Source: an uncultured Acidimicrobiales bacterium (GTDB lineage Bacteria > Actinomycetota > Acidimicrobiia > Acidimicrobiales > Poriferisodalaceae). Taken from it: a stretch of DNA of 64,000 nt. The notes under the pieces are model-generated. The model was not told the DNA's origin. It searched no databases and worked only from the letters and a program-made list of their open reading frames with translations. Every line of letters begins with the position of its first letter. The stretch's first letter is position 1. The stretch is taken from the NCBI GenBank assembly GCA_964424585.1, contig CAYRJD010000031.1, positions 2,352 through 66,351 on the forward strand, read 5' to 3'. Positions 1 through 9,256 of this stretch are shown piece after piece. The position numbers and the translations under genes were made by a program.

Positions 1-3000
1 TGCGCGACGCCGTTGATGCCGAGCCGCACGCACTCCGCTCGCAGCAACCCGACCCCCAGCAGCGTCTCGGCCGCAGGCGGCAGCGGGCCGTAGCGGTCGA
101 GCCACTCGTGCTCGATCTCCGCGACCTGCGCCGCTTCGGTCACGCTCGCCAGCCGCCGGTACGCCTCCAGCCGCTGCGCAGGCAGCGCCACGTAGTCCTC
201 AGGCAGGAACGCCGCCACCGGCAGATCGATGGTGATCTCGGGCGACTTCGGTTCGTCCCGGCCCTCCATCTGGTTGAGCGCGTCGCTGACCAGCTCGCAG
301 TAGAGGTCGTAGCCGACCGCCGCTATGTGGCCCGACTGCACGCCGCTCAGCAGGTTGCCCGCGCCGCGCAGCGCCAAGTCACCCATCGCGATGCGGTAGC
401 CCGAACCGAGTTCGGTCGACTCGCCGATGGTGCGAAGTCGCTCGTACGCCTGCTCGCTGAGCGTTCGGTCGACCGGATGAAACAGATAGGCGTACGCCCG
501 CTGGCCCGAACGCCCGACCCGCCCTCGGATCTGGTGGAGCTGCCCCAAGCCCATCAGGTCGGCGCGGTCGACCACCAGCGTGTTGACGGTCGGCATGTCG
601 ATGCCAGATTCGATAATCGTCGTGCACACCAGCACGTCGTAGGCGCCGTTCCAGAAGTCGAGGACGACCTGCTCAAGCGTTCCTTCGTCCATCTGGCCGT
701 GCGCCACCGCCACTCTGGCTTCGGGCACGAGGTCGCGCAGCTGCGCCGCGATCAGGTCGATGTCGGCGACGCGGTTGTGCACGAAGAAGACCTGCCCCTC
801 GCGCAGCAGCTCACGCCGGATGGCTTCGCTGACCGCGGCTACGTCGTAGGGCGCGACGTGGGTGAGGATCGGCTGGCGTTCTTCCGGCGGCGTCTGCAAC
901 AGCGAGAGGTCGCGGATGCCGGTGAGGCTCATCTCGAGCGTGCGCGGAATGGGCGTGGCGGTCATGGTGAGCACATCGACGTCGGTCTTCACGTGCTTGA
1001 GCGCGTCTTTGTGCTTGACGCCGAAGCGCTGCTCTTCGTCGATGACGACGAGGCCCAGATTGGCGAACGCGACGTCAGCCGAGAGCAGCCGGTGCGTGCC
1101 GATGACCACGTCGACGCTGCCCGTCGCCAGCCCGCCGATCACCTCGCGCTGCTGGCTGGGCGTGAGGAAGCGGCTGAGCACCTCGACGCGCACTCCGGTG
1201 TCGGCGAACCGTTCCGCGAACGTCTGATGGTGTTGCTGGGCGAGCAGCGTGGTGGGGACGAGCACCGCGGTCTGCTTGCCGTTGACCGCCGCGCAGCACG
1301 CCGCTCGCACCGCCACCTCGGTCTTGCCGAAGCCGACGTCGCCGCAGACGAGACGATCCATCGGCCGGTCTGCGGCCATGTCGGCGAGCACGTCGTCGAT
1401 GGCCGACTGCTGGTCTGTGGTCGGCACATACGCGAACGTGTCGGCCATCTCGCGCAGCGCCGAGTCAGCGATGTCGTAGGCGTGGCCGCTGGTGGTGAGA
1501 CGCTTGCGGTAGAGCAGCACGAGCTCTTGGGCGATCTCGTTGACCGCGGCTCGCACCTTTTCCTTTTGTCGGCGAAACTCGGCACCGCCCATCTTCGACA
1601 GCGTCGGCGTCTCGCCGCCGACGTACGGGCGGATGAGGTCGAGCTGGTCGGTCGGCACGTACAAGCGGTCGGTGCCCTTGTATTCGAGTTGCATGTAGTC
1701 GCGGACGCCGTCGCCGAACTCTCTTCGGACGATGCCCGCGAACCGGGCGATGCCGTGGTGGTGGTGGACGACGAAGTCGCCTGCGTTCAGGTCTTCGAAC
1801 GAAGCCTGCGGCGTGGCCCGACGACGAGCCGCGCGGTGGCTTCGACGGCGGCCGCTGAGGTCGTGCTCGCATAGCACAGCCAGGTGCGCGTCGGGCGAGA
1901 TGAAGCCGTGATGGAGCGGGGCGACGACCACCGACAACCCGCCGGCCAGTCCTTCGTCGCGCAGCGACTGGCCCACCCGGTCGGCCGAGCCGCTGCCGTC
2001 GGCCGCCACGAACACGCTCCACTGCGGCTTTGCGCTGAACGCGATCTCACGCAGCTGGGCCAGCAGCGCGTCGGGGCCGCCGGCCACGGGCTGCCAGGCG
2101 TGCGCCTCGAGTCGGTCGGGTGGCGTCGCGTCGCGCCCGGCAGGAGCTTGGCTGCCGAGACCGTCGAGCACCAGCACCTGCGCCGCGCAACGTTCGAGCA
2201 GCCGGTCGTAGCCGACGTGCAGCTGCGGAAAGGTGGCGTCGCCCTTCACCCCCCACGTGCGCACCAGCGACGCGGCGAGATCGGCGGTCTCCTCGGTGAT
2301 GTCGGCCGTGCGGTCGGCGAGGCGCGACGGCTCGCACAGCACGACCATCGCGTCGGCGTCGAGCAGGTCGGTGAGCACCGTTTCGTCTTCGACCAGCCAC
2401 GGCAGCCACGACTCCATCCCATCGAACAGCTCGCCCGACGCGAATCGCTCGAAGTGCTCCGCTGCCCAGCGCTGCTGCGCGGCGAGCCGCCGGGCGACAG
2501 CGGTGGTGTCGTCGTCGGCTCGCAGTTCGCGAGCCGGGTAGATGCGAGCAAGAGCGCAGGGCGCGACCGAGCGCTGGTCTGTGACCGAAAACCAGGTGAG
2601 CCGGTCGACCTCGTCGCCGAACAGCTCGAGGCGAACGCCCCGTTCGGCCGTTGACGGAAAGACGTCGACGATGCCGCCGCGCACGGCGAACTCGCCGCGG
2701 TGCTCGACCTGGTGCTCGCGCCGGTAGCCGAAGCTGACGAGCTGGCGGGCGAGTTCGTCGATGTCGACGGCCGAGCCAGTCGATATCTCGCGCACCCACT
2801 CTTCGGTTGGTGCGTGCGCGTCGGGGCCGAGCCGCTGAAGCAGCGCGCGCACTGGGGCGACCACCACCGGCGCTGGGTCGTCGGCACCGTCGTTCGGGCG
2901 AGCCGCGCCGCGCAGCAGCGAGACCGCTTCGAGGCGGCGCCCCATCGTTTCAACCTCGGGGCTGACCCGCTCGAACGGCAGCGTCTCCCACGCGCCGAAC

Positions 3001-3278
3001 AGCGAAACGTGCTCGCTGCCCAGCCACACGCACAAGTCGTCGTAGATCTGCTCGGCCGCTACCTTCGTCGGCACAGCCACCACGAGCGGACTAGGCGCGC
3101 GCGAGCCCGCCGCGCCGGTCGACGCAGCGGCTCGGGCGTGAGCCAGCGCGGCCAGCGCGAAGGGGCGCATCGCGTCGCTGGCTGCCAACGTAGACGCGCT
3201 GCCCGCAGCGGCACGCACGACGCAACGCTGACTGGCGAACGAGCGCGCCGCGGCCCGCAACGCGCCGACGTCGGGCAC
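1..3278 (-). CDS. mfd: transcription-repair coupling factor Mfd (3-prime end runs off the left edge; absent from the ORF track because no stop lies in the window)
   Basis: Hand translation of the minus strand: 1321-1350 gives [10 protein letters not shown] (Walker A) and 1021-1055 gives [12 protein letters not shown] (SF2 motif II typical of Mfd/RecG). It lies directly downstream of pth, the usual arrangement. The + strand ORFs 108-1874, 1884-2654 and 2700-3350 are Arg/Val-rich antisense shadows. The start (GTG near 3278) is approximate. Confidence 0.85.
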   Translation of the reverse strand, partial: MPDVGALRAAARSFASQRCVVRAAAGSASTLAASDAMRPFALAALAHARAAASTGAAGSRAPSPLVVAVPTKVAAEQIYDDLCVWLGSEHVSLFGAWETLPFERVSPEVETMGRRLEAVSLLRGAARPNDGADDPAPVVVAPVRALLQRLGPDAHAPTEEWVREISTGSAVDIDELARQLVSFGYRREHQVEHRGEFAVRGGIVDVFPSTAERGVRLELFGDEVDRLTWFSVTDQRSVAPCALARIYPARELRADDDTTAVARRLAAQQRWAAEHFERFASGELFDGMESWLPWLVEDETVLTDLLDADAMVVLCEPSRLADRTADITEETADLAASLVRTWGVKGDATFPQLHVGYDRLLERCAAQVLVLDGLGSQAPAGRDATPPDRLEAHAWQPVAGGPDALLAQLREIAFSAKPQWSVFVAADGSGSADRVGQSLRDEGLAGGLSVVVAPLHHGFISPDAHLAVLCEHDLSGRRRSHRAARRRATPQASFEDLNAGDFVVHHHHGIARFAGIVRREFGDGVRDYMQLEYKGTDRLYVPTDQLDLIRPYVGGETPTLSKMGGAEFRRQKEKVRAAVNEIAQELVLLYRKRLTTSGHAYDIADSALREMADTFAYVPTTDQQSAIDDVLADMAADRPMDRLVCGDVGFGKTEVAVRAACCAAVNGKQTAVLVPTTLLAQQHHQTFAERFADTGVRVEVLSRFLTPSQQREVIGGLATGSVDVVIGTHRLLSADVAFANLGLVVIDEEQRFGVKHKDALKHVKTDVDVLTMTATPIPRTLEMSLTGIRDLSLLQTPPEERQPILTHVAPYDVAAVSEAIRRELLREGQVFFVHNRVADIDLIAAQLRDLVPEARVAVAHGQMDEGTLEQVVLDFWNGAYDVLVCTTIIESGIDMPTVNTLVVDRADLMGLGQLHQIRGRVGRSGQRAYAYLFHPVDRTLSEQAYERLRTIGESTELGSGYRIAMGDLALRGAGNLLSGVQSGHIAAVGYDLYCELVSDALNQMEGRDEPKSPEITIDLPVAAFLPEDYVALPAQRLEAYRRLASVTEAAQVAEIEHEWLDRYGPLPPAAETLLGVGLLRAECVRLGINGVA

Positions 3279-3312
3279 GTCGGCCGAGAACGCAGCCGGT
3301 GCGACGGTGGGG

Positions 3313-4002
3313 CTAGCCGTCACCGGGTGCAAGCGGTCGACGTCCGTTGAACGCGTTCATCGTCGCTTCGACGCCGGCCGTGGCGATCGAGTTGATCGCC
3401 TCGACCGCGACCTCGAGCGCCGCGTCGAGCGCTGCTCGCTCGGCTCTCGACGGGCGGCTGAGCACGTAGGAAACCCCCGCGCTCCCAGCGGGCGGCTTGC
3501 CCACGCCGATGCGCACGCGGCTGAAGTCGGCCGCGCCGGTGTGCTGACGGATCGAAGCCAGGCCGTTGTGCCCGGCGAACCCGCCGCCCGCTTTCACCCG
3601 CAGCGCACCGGGCGGCAGATCGAGTTCGTCGTGAACGACCACCAGCGCCGCCGCGTCGCTGATGCCCGCGCGCCGCAGCAGCAGCCGCACCGCTTGACCT
3701 GACTCGTTCATGAACACCTCAGGCACCGCGCAGTCGACCCGTAAGATGTCGCCCGACTCGGCTGGCTGGGGCGCTGGCAGACGCACCGTCGTGTGCTGCG
3801 CCTTCAGCCGCCGCACCGAGCGCAGCGCCTCGTCGTGGGTGTCGACGAACCGTCGCACGACGTCCGCGCCGACGTTGTGTCGGGTGTGGCTGTACTTGCT
3901 CCCGGGGTTGCCCAGACCGACGACGAGCAGATCGGCGGGAGTGCCCCGACGGCTACTCCGCTTCAGCTTCTTCGGCGCCCTCAGCCTCGGCCCGCTCGCC
4001 AT
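3313..4002 (-). CDS. pth: peptidyl-tRNA hydrolase
   Basis: 229-aa ORF with the LLVVGLGNPGSKYSHTRHNVG signature, located between rplY/ctc and mfd. The ATG at 4002 overlaps the rplY 3-prime end by ~50 nt. No ATG/GTG lies closer to the motif. Confidence 0.9.
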   Translation of the reverse strand: MASGPRLRAPKKLKRSSRRGTPADLLVVGLGNPGSKYSHTRHNVGADVVRRFVDTHDEALRSVRRLKAQHTTVRLPAPQPAESGDILRVDCAVPEVFMNESGQAVRLLLRRAGISDAAALVVVHDELDLPPGALRVKAGGGFAGHNGLASIRQHTGAADFSRVRIGVGKPPAGSAGVSYVLSRPSRAERAALDAALEVAVEAINSIATAGVEATMNAFNGRRPLAPGDG

Positions 4003-4600
4003 CTTCGTCGACCGCTTCCTCGTCGGTCTCGCCCGCGGCGATCGACGCGCGGCTGCGCTGACCGATGACCACGAGCGTGTCGTCGCCGAGCTGGCTGACC
4101 ATGCCGTCGGGCAGCGCCAGGTCGCCGACGCGCACCGGGTTCTCGATGGTCAACTCGGTGATGTCGACCTCGATCGACGGCGGAATGACACCCGCGGGCG
4201 CCTCGACGGTGAGCGACATCAGCTGCTGCTGCACGACTGCGCCTTGGCGCGACGCGAGGGTGGCCTCGCCGACCAGGTGGAGCGGGACGTCGACGACGAG
4301 CCGCTCGTCGAGCGCGATCAGCATGAAGTCGACGTGGGTCACGCGATTGGCGATGGTGTCGCGCTGCATGTCCTTGACGATCGTGAGGTGGTCGGTGCCG
4401 CCGACGTCGAGCGTGATGATGGCGTTGGGGCCCGCCGCGTTGAGCGCCGTGCGGAAGCGCAACCGGTCGAGCGTCAGCGCGACCGGTTCGGTGCCGTGGC
4501 CGTACATGACGGCCGGGATCTTGTCTGAGCGCCGCAAGCGCCGCGCCGCGCCGCTGCCGCGGTCGGTGCGCTGGGTGGCAGCGAGCTTTAGCTGTTCCAT
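3953..4600 (-). CDS. rplY: 50S ribosomal protein L25 / general stress protein Ctc
   Basis: MEQLKLAATQRTDRGSGAARRLRRSDKIPAVMYGHG N-terminus plus an acidic C-terminal tail. The ATG at 4600 is preceded by GAGG; the track start at 4615 is a TTG. Confidence 0.85.
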   Translation of the reverse strand: MEQLKLAATQRTDRGSGAARRLRRSDKIPAVMYGHGTEPVALTLDRLRFRTALNAAGPNAIITLDVGGTDHLTIVKDMQRDTIANRVTHVDFMLIALDERLVVDVPLHLVGEATLASRQGAVVQQQLMSLTVEAPAGVIPPSIEVDITELTIENPVRVGDLALPDGMVSQLGDDTLVVIGQRSRASIAAGETDEEAVDEDGERAEAEGAEEAEAE

Positions 4601-4657
4601 CTGTGTTTGCCTCAACGGTCGTGCGGAGCCCTCCGCGTGAGCGGTAAAGGCTACGGG

Positions 4658-5641
4658 CTAGAACAGGTTTTCGCCCGAGAAGATCTCCGACACCGAGGCG
4701 TCTTCAAACACCGACTCGAGCGCGTCGGCGAAGATCGGCGCGACGCTCAGCACCTTCAGCTTGTCGAAGTGCTTGCTCGACGGAATGGGCACCGTGTTGG
4801 TGACGACCACCCCGCTGAGCGGCGAACTCGTCAGACGGTCGACGGCTTCGCCGGAGAACACGCCATGGGTCGACGCGCACAGCACCTCCTGCGCGCCTTC
4901 CGCGGCGACCGCTTCGACGGCCGAGCAGATCGTGCCCGCGGTGTCGATCATGTCGTCGACGATGACGCAGGTGCGGCCAGCGACGTCGCCCATCACGCCC
5001 AGCATCTCCACCTCATTCGGCGTGTCGACCGAGCGCCGCTTGTAGATGGACGCCACCTCTGCGTCTAGGTGGCGGGCGTAGCGCTCGGCGACCTTCACCC
5101 TCCCCGTGTCGGGCGACACGACCACCGCGTCGCTTCCCACCACACCCTGGAGATATTCGATGAGCACGGGCGCCGCGGTGAGGTGATCGACGGGGCCGCT
5201 GAAGAAGCCCTGGATCTGGCCGCTGTGCAGGTCGATGCTGATGAGCCGCTGGGCGCCCGCGTGGAAGAACATGTCTGCCAGCAGGCGCGCCGTGATCGGT
5301 TCGCGGCCGGCCGACTTGCGGTCTTGGCGGGCGTAGCCGTAGAGCGGCGCAACCGCGGTGATGCGCTTGGCGGACGCTCGGCGAGCCGCGTCAACCATGA
5401 TGAGGTGCTCCATGATCGCGTCGTTGACCGACATGGTTTCGCACGCCGCGTGGCTCTGGATGATGAACACGTCGCCGCCGCGCAACGACTCCGCGGGTCG
5501 GCACTTGATCTCGCCGTTAGCGAAGTTGACCAGCCCGGGGTCGTCGAGCTCGACGCCGAGCTGGGTGGCGATGTCGGCCGCCAGCTCGGGGTTGGCTCGG
5601 CCGCTCAGCAGGTGCATGCGCTTTTTGGTGACTAGCTCCAT
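4658..5641 (-). CDS. prs: ribose-phosphate pyrophosphokinase
   Basis: 327 aa with the PRPP synthetase pattern, including the VVSPDTGRVKVAE and CVIVDDMIDTAGT PRPP-binding loops. Conserved glmU-prs-ctc-pth order. Confidence 0.95.
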   Translation of the reverse strand: MELVTKKRMHLLSGRANPELAADIATQLGVELDDPGLVNFANGEIKCRPAESLRGGDVFIIQSHAACETMSVNDAIMEHLIMVDAARRASAKRITAVAPLYGYARQDRKSAGREPITARLLADMFFHAGAQRLISIDLHSGQIQGFFSGPVDHLTAAPVLIEYLQGVVGSDAVVVSPDTGRVKVAERYARHLDAEVASIYKRRSVDTPNEVEMLGVMGDVAGRTCVIVDDMIDTAGTICSAVEAVAAEGAQEVLCASTHGVFSGEAVDRLTSSPLSGVVVTNTVPIPSSKHFDKLKVLSVAPIFADALESVFEDASVSEIFSGENLF

Positions 5642-5681
5642 GCGCGTGCCTCGGGTATCGGCCTGGCGGGACGCGCCGACA

Positions 5682-6449
5682 CTACCCGCGCTCAGGCGAT
5701 CGCAGCAGGATCGCTTCGCAGGCGGCTAGCTCGTCGGGCGTGTTGGCGCCGAGGATTTCGGCCGGGTCGTGCGTCGGCACCGCGAGCACGGTTTCGTGCG
5801 CGTCGGTGAGACGTGCGATTGCGTCGGTGAGGTACCGCTCGCCCGACGTCGGGCTGACGTCGACTTGCGTCAGCGCGGCGGTCAGCTTGGCGCGGTCGAA
5901 GCAGTAGGCCGACGCGTTGACCTCGTTCGTCTGCCGCTCGGCTGGCGTCGCGTCGGCGTGCTCGACGATGCGAACGACGGCCGCTGGCTGGCTGGGGCTG
6001 GCAACTCGCACGATGCGTCCGTAGCCGGTCGGGTCGTCGAGGTGAGCGGTCAGCAAGGTGGCTGCCGCGCCGGCGTCTCTTCGCGCGCGGACCAACCGAG
6101 CGATGGTGGCGGCCCCGATGAGCGGCGCGTCGGCCGCTAGCACCACGACGTCGTCGGCGTCGCGCCGACTGGACGCGTCGGCTGGCTCACCCAGCGCCGC
6201 CAGACCAACTTCGGCCGCGGCCGCTGTGCCGCTGGGCTCGTCTTGGGTCGCGAAGCAGACGTCGAAGCCCGCCGCGTCGGCCGCGTCGCGCACTCGTCGT
6301 CCGTCTCGCCCGACCACCACGACCGGCCGCTTCACGCCAGCTGCCGCGAGCGTTTCCAGCACCCAAAACAGCATCGGCTTGTTCGCCACCGGCTGCAGCG
6401 CCTTGGGCACGTCAGACCGCATCCGCTTGCCGTGACCCGCCGCCATCAC
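5682..6449 (-). CDS. GlmU-like UDP-N-acetylglucosamine pyrophosphorylase domain only (no LbH acetyltransferase domain)
   Basis: AIVMAAGHGKRMRSDVPKALQPV, LDDPTGYGRIV and IVEHADATPAERQTNEVNA match the GlmU N-terminal domain. The first 40 codons of the track ORF overlap tRNA-Gln, so the start is GTG 6449 or ATG 6446. The product is ~255 aa and stops 40 nt before prs. Confidence 0.75.
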   Translation of the reverse strand: MMAAGHGKRMRSDVPKALQPVANKPMLFWVLETLAAAGVKRPVVVVGRDGRRVRDAADAAGFDVCFATQDEPSGTAAAAEVGLAALGEPADASSRRDADDVVVLAADAPLIGAATIARLVRARRDAGAAATLLTAHLDDPTGYGRIVRVASPSQPAAVVRIVEHADATPAERQTNEVNASAYCFDRAKLTAALTQVDVSPTSGERYLTDAIARLTDAHETVLAVPTHDPAEILGANTPDELAACEAILLRSPERG

Positions 6450-6458
6450 GATGGCTCG

Positions 6459-6532
6459 TGGCTCGGGGAGGAGGACTCGAACCTCCACCGTCGGGACCAA
6501 AACCCGATGTCCTGCCATTAGACGATCCCCGA
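6459..6532 (-). tRNA. tRNA-Gln (anticodon TTG)
   Basis: The reverse complement folds by hand. Acceptor TCGGGGA/TCCCCGA, D-arm GTCT-AATGGCA-GGAC, anticodon arm TCGGG-TTTTGGT-CCCGA (TTG), T-arm GGAGG-TTCGAGT-CCTCC, with GCCA encoded. Confidence 0.9.
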
Positions 6533-6610
6533 ATAGCTCGCCGCGACCGCACCGCACCCAAGCCGGCGTCACGCCAAAGCGTAGTGAGGGCCGTTAGCCT
6601 GCGGGCGCTC

Positions 6611-6706
6611 ATGGGAAACCTCATCAAGAAACGCCGCAAGCGGATGCGCAAGAAGAAGCACCGCAAGATGCTGCGGCGCACTCGCTACCAACGCCGCAAC
6701 CGGTAG
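6611..6706 (+). CDS. 30S ribosomal protein bS22 (actinobacterial 31-aa basic peptide)
   Basis: [31 protein letters not shown] closely resembles the mycobacterial bS22 peptide as I remember it ([25 protein letters not shown]...). It is the internal ATG of track ORF 6458-6706. Confidence 0.8.
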   Translation: [31 protein letters not shown]

Positions 6707-6734
6707 CTGACCGGTACTCGTCGGGCTCGGTGAA

Positions 6735-8438
6735 GTGACGCTGACCACACGCAACGGGTTGCTCGCCGCCGTCTGCGGCGCCGCTGGCATGGCGGTGACC
6801 ATCGGCGTCGGCGAACTCGTAGACGGGCTGAGCGAAAACACGCCGTCGCTGGTCGTCGCGACGGGCGAGCTGCTGGTCGACTACACGCCCGGCGACGTCG
6901 TCGCGGTGAGCATCGAGACCATCGGCATCGCGCAGAAGACGCTGCTCGGCATCATGCTGGTTGCGCTCGCAGTGGTGGTCGGGGCGCTGGCCGGAAGGCT
7001 CGCCCACCGAGGCAGGCTGAACGTGGGCGCCGCGCTGTTCGCGCTCGTCGGCGTGGTGGCCGGCTTCTCCACCGCACGCAACCCGATGACCGACGCCTGG
7101 ATCGGGTGGCTGAGCGGACTGCTGGCGGCCGGCATCGGAGCCGGGGTTGCTTTCGTCGCGCTGGCCGCGTTCGGCTTGCTGGGTGTGCGGGCCGGTGCTT
7201 CGTCGGCCGGGTCGTCGGGCTCGGACGCAGCAGCGGGCGACGGCGCGAGCTCGGCGCTCGGCGCCGGCGGCCAGCCTTCGACCAGACGCGGCTTTTTGAC
7301 GCTCGGCGCAGCCGGCGTGACAACCGCCGCGCTCGCGCTGGCTGGCCGGAGGTTCAAGATGAACTCGGCCGTCGACGCGGCGCGCGACGACATACAGCTT
7401 CCCGACGTAGCGCGCGACGCTGGCTCGCAGCCGGTCTCGCCCAGCGCCTCCACGACGCCGACCGCCGGCGCGCTGGGACCCGCGCCGGCCGCGCCGCAGC
7501 AGGTTCAGCAGCGGCTCGCCGCGCTCGGCACCTTCGACGACCTCGAAGGCGTGACCTCCTACATCACGCCGAGCGACGACTTCTATCTCATCGACACCGC
7601 GCTGACCAAGCCGCGCGTCAACCCGGCCGACTGGCAGCTCAGCATCGGCGGCATGGTGGAGCGCGAGGTCACGTTCACGCTCGACGACATCTTGGCGATG
7701 GAGTTAGCCGAGTACCCGATCACGCTGTCGTGCGTGTCGAACCCCGTCGGCGGCGACCTAGTCGGCAACGCCGTTTGGACGGGCGTGCCGCTGGTCGAGC
7801 TGCTCGACCGAGCGGGCGTGCACAGCGACGCCAGCCAGGTGGTGGGTCGGTCGGTCGACCACTGGACCGCCGGCTTTCCCACCGAAGTGCTGAGCGACGG
7901 TCGGCACGCCATCGTGGCGGTGGGCATGAACGGCGAACCGCTGCCGATCGATCACGGCTTTCCGGCGCGCCTCGTGGTGGCCGGGCTGTACGGCTACGTG
8001 TCGGCGGTGAAGTGGGTCGAGTCGGTGACGCTGACGACGTGGGAAGACTTTGACGGCTACTGGGTGCCCAGAGGCTGGTCGAAGCGCGGGCCGATCAAGA
8101 TTCAGAGCCGCATCGACCTGCCGCGCCGGAGCCAGCGCCTGACGGCCGGCCAGGTCGTCACGCTCGCCGGGATCGCGTGGGCGCCGAACACCGGCATCTC
8201 GGCGGTCGAGGTTCGCATCGGCGACGGCGGGTGGGAGCGGTGCGAGCTAGCGGAGACGCTGGGCAACGACACGTGGGTGCAGTGGCGCTACCGATGGACA
8301 CCGGTTGCTGGCAACCACCAGATTAGCGTGCGGGCGATCGACGCCAACGGCGCGATGCAGCCGGTGGGTCCGGCGTCGCCTCGCCCGAACGGCGCAGAGG
8401 GGTACCACACCATCACCCGAGGAGTGGCAGAGGCGTAG
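6735..8438 (+). CDS. molybdopterin-dependent oxidoreductase (sulfite-oxidase fold) with N-terminal multi-TM region
   Basis: The N-terminal ~200 aa are hydrophobic. The C-terminal half has ITLSCVSNPVGGDLVGNAVWTGVPL and GEPLPIDHGFPARLVVAGLYGYVSAVKWV, typical of the Oxidored_molyb family. Confidence 0.8.
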   Translation: MTLTTRNGLLAAVCGAAGMAVTIGVGELVDGLSENTPSLVVATGELLVDYTPGDVVAVSIETIGIAQKTLLGIMLVALAVVVGALAGRLAHRGRLNVGAALFALVGVVAGFSTARNPMTDAWIGWLSGLLAAGIGAGVAFVALAAFGLLGVRAGASSAGSSGSDAAAGDGASSALGAGGQPSTRRGFLTLGAAGVTTAALALAGRRFKMNSAVDAARDDIQLPDVARDAGSQPVSPSASTTPTAGALGPAPAAPQQVQQRLAALGTFDDLEGVTSYITPSDDFYLIDTALTKPRVNPADWQLSIGGMVEREVTFTLDDILAMELAEYPITLSCVSNPVGGDLVGNAVWTGVPLVELLDRAGVHSDASQVVGRSVDHWTAGFPTEVLSDGRHAIVAVGMNGEPLPIDHGFPARLVVAGLYGYVSAVKWVESVTLTTWEDFDGYWVPRGWSKRGPIKIQSRIDLPRRSQRLTAGQVVTLAGIAWAPNTGISAVEVRIGDGGWERCELAETLGNDTWVQWRYRWTPVAGNHQISVRAIDANGAMQPVGPASPRPNGAEGYHTITRGVAEA

Positions 8439-8446
8439 CGGCCAGC

Positions 8447-9256
8447 TCAGTAGCCCGGTGCCCAAGAACCCCCGATGGGGCCCGTCGTGCTGACAGTCAC
8501 AGCCGCCACGCCTTCGTGCGTTACATCCGGGAACGTTCCGCGCACGAAGAACGCGCCGCCGCTGCCCGCGAGCTGCGGCATCTCGCCGGTCTGGTTGCCG
8601 AGCGCGTCTCGCCACGCCGCCAGCTCGGGCGCGATTGCCAACGTTGCCGGCCACAGGTCGTTGCGCGAGCGGCTCGCTGGCCGCAGCTCGTCCCACGCCT
8701 CATACACTCGACGGGTCGACACCACCAGCGGCGGAATGAGCACCGTGAACTCTTCGTGCGCGGCAGCCAGCACCTCCACCTGCTCGCCCACACCGGTCAC
8801 CCGGGCTCGACCGCCGACCAAGCAGAACGCCACGTCCGCCCCGAGCGCCGCGGCCGCTTGAGACGTGACCGGCGGGTCGGCTCGGCCGGTCTCGTTGGCC
8901 CACCGCAGCACGGCTGCCGCGTCGGCCGACCCACCGCCCAAGCCAGCGCCCACGCCGATGCGCTTGGCCAGGCGGACGTCGGCTCGCACGCCGACCATGT
9001 CGAGCGCCCGAGTGACCAAGTTGTCGTTCGGGTCGATGGGCGTGGTCGGCTCGGCTGCGGGTGCTTCGTAGACGACGTCGACGCTCGACGTGCCTGAGGT
9101 CGGCTTGAGCGTGAGCGTGTCGTAGAGGTCGACCGTCACCATCTCGGCGTCGATGGTGTGCAGCCCAGCGTCTCGCACGCCGGTGACGAACAAGCTCAGC
9201 GTGAGTTTCGCGGGCGCCAGCAGCGCGACCGGCTCGATGAGTTCGGAGGCGCTCAC
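8447..9256 (-). CDS. ispE: 4-diphosphocytidyl-2-C-methyl-D-erythritol kinase
   Basis: APAKLTLSLFVTG and GVGAGLGGGSADAAAVLRW are GHMP kinase motifs. The likely start, GTG 9256, overlaps the rsmA stop (GTGA). Confidence 0.9.
   Translation of the reverse strand: MSASELIEPVALLAPAKLTLSLFVTGVRDAGLHTIDAEMVTVDLYDTLTLKPTSGTSSVDVVYEAPAAEPTTPIDPNDNLVTRALDMVGVRADVRLAKRIGVGAGLGGGSADAAAVLRWANETGRADPPVTSQAAAALGADVAFCLVGGRARVTGVGEQVEVLAAAHEEFTVLIPPLVVSTRRVYEAWDELRPASRSRNDLWPATLAIAPELAAWRDALGNQTGEMPQLAGSGGAFFVRGTFPDVTHEGVAAVTVSTTGPIGGSWAPGY

Noticed and set aside
108-3350. Long + strand ORFs (108-1874 at 588 aa, 1884-2654, 2700-3350) and several minus ORFs in other frames
   Set aside because: Their composition is Arg/Val/Ala/Gly-rich shadow. 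Hand translation shows that the real gene is mfd, on the minus strand in a frame the track omits because it has no stop inside the window.
6533-6734. Riboswitch or leader upstream of the molybdoenzyme gene or bS22
   Set aside because: The intergenic spaces (78 nt and 28 nt) are too short, and no conserved riboswitch core sequence was recognised.
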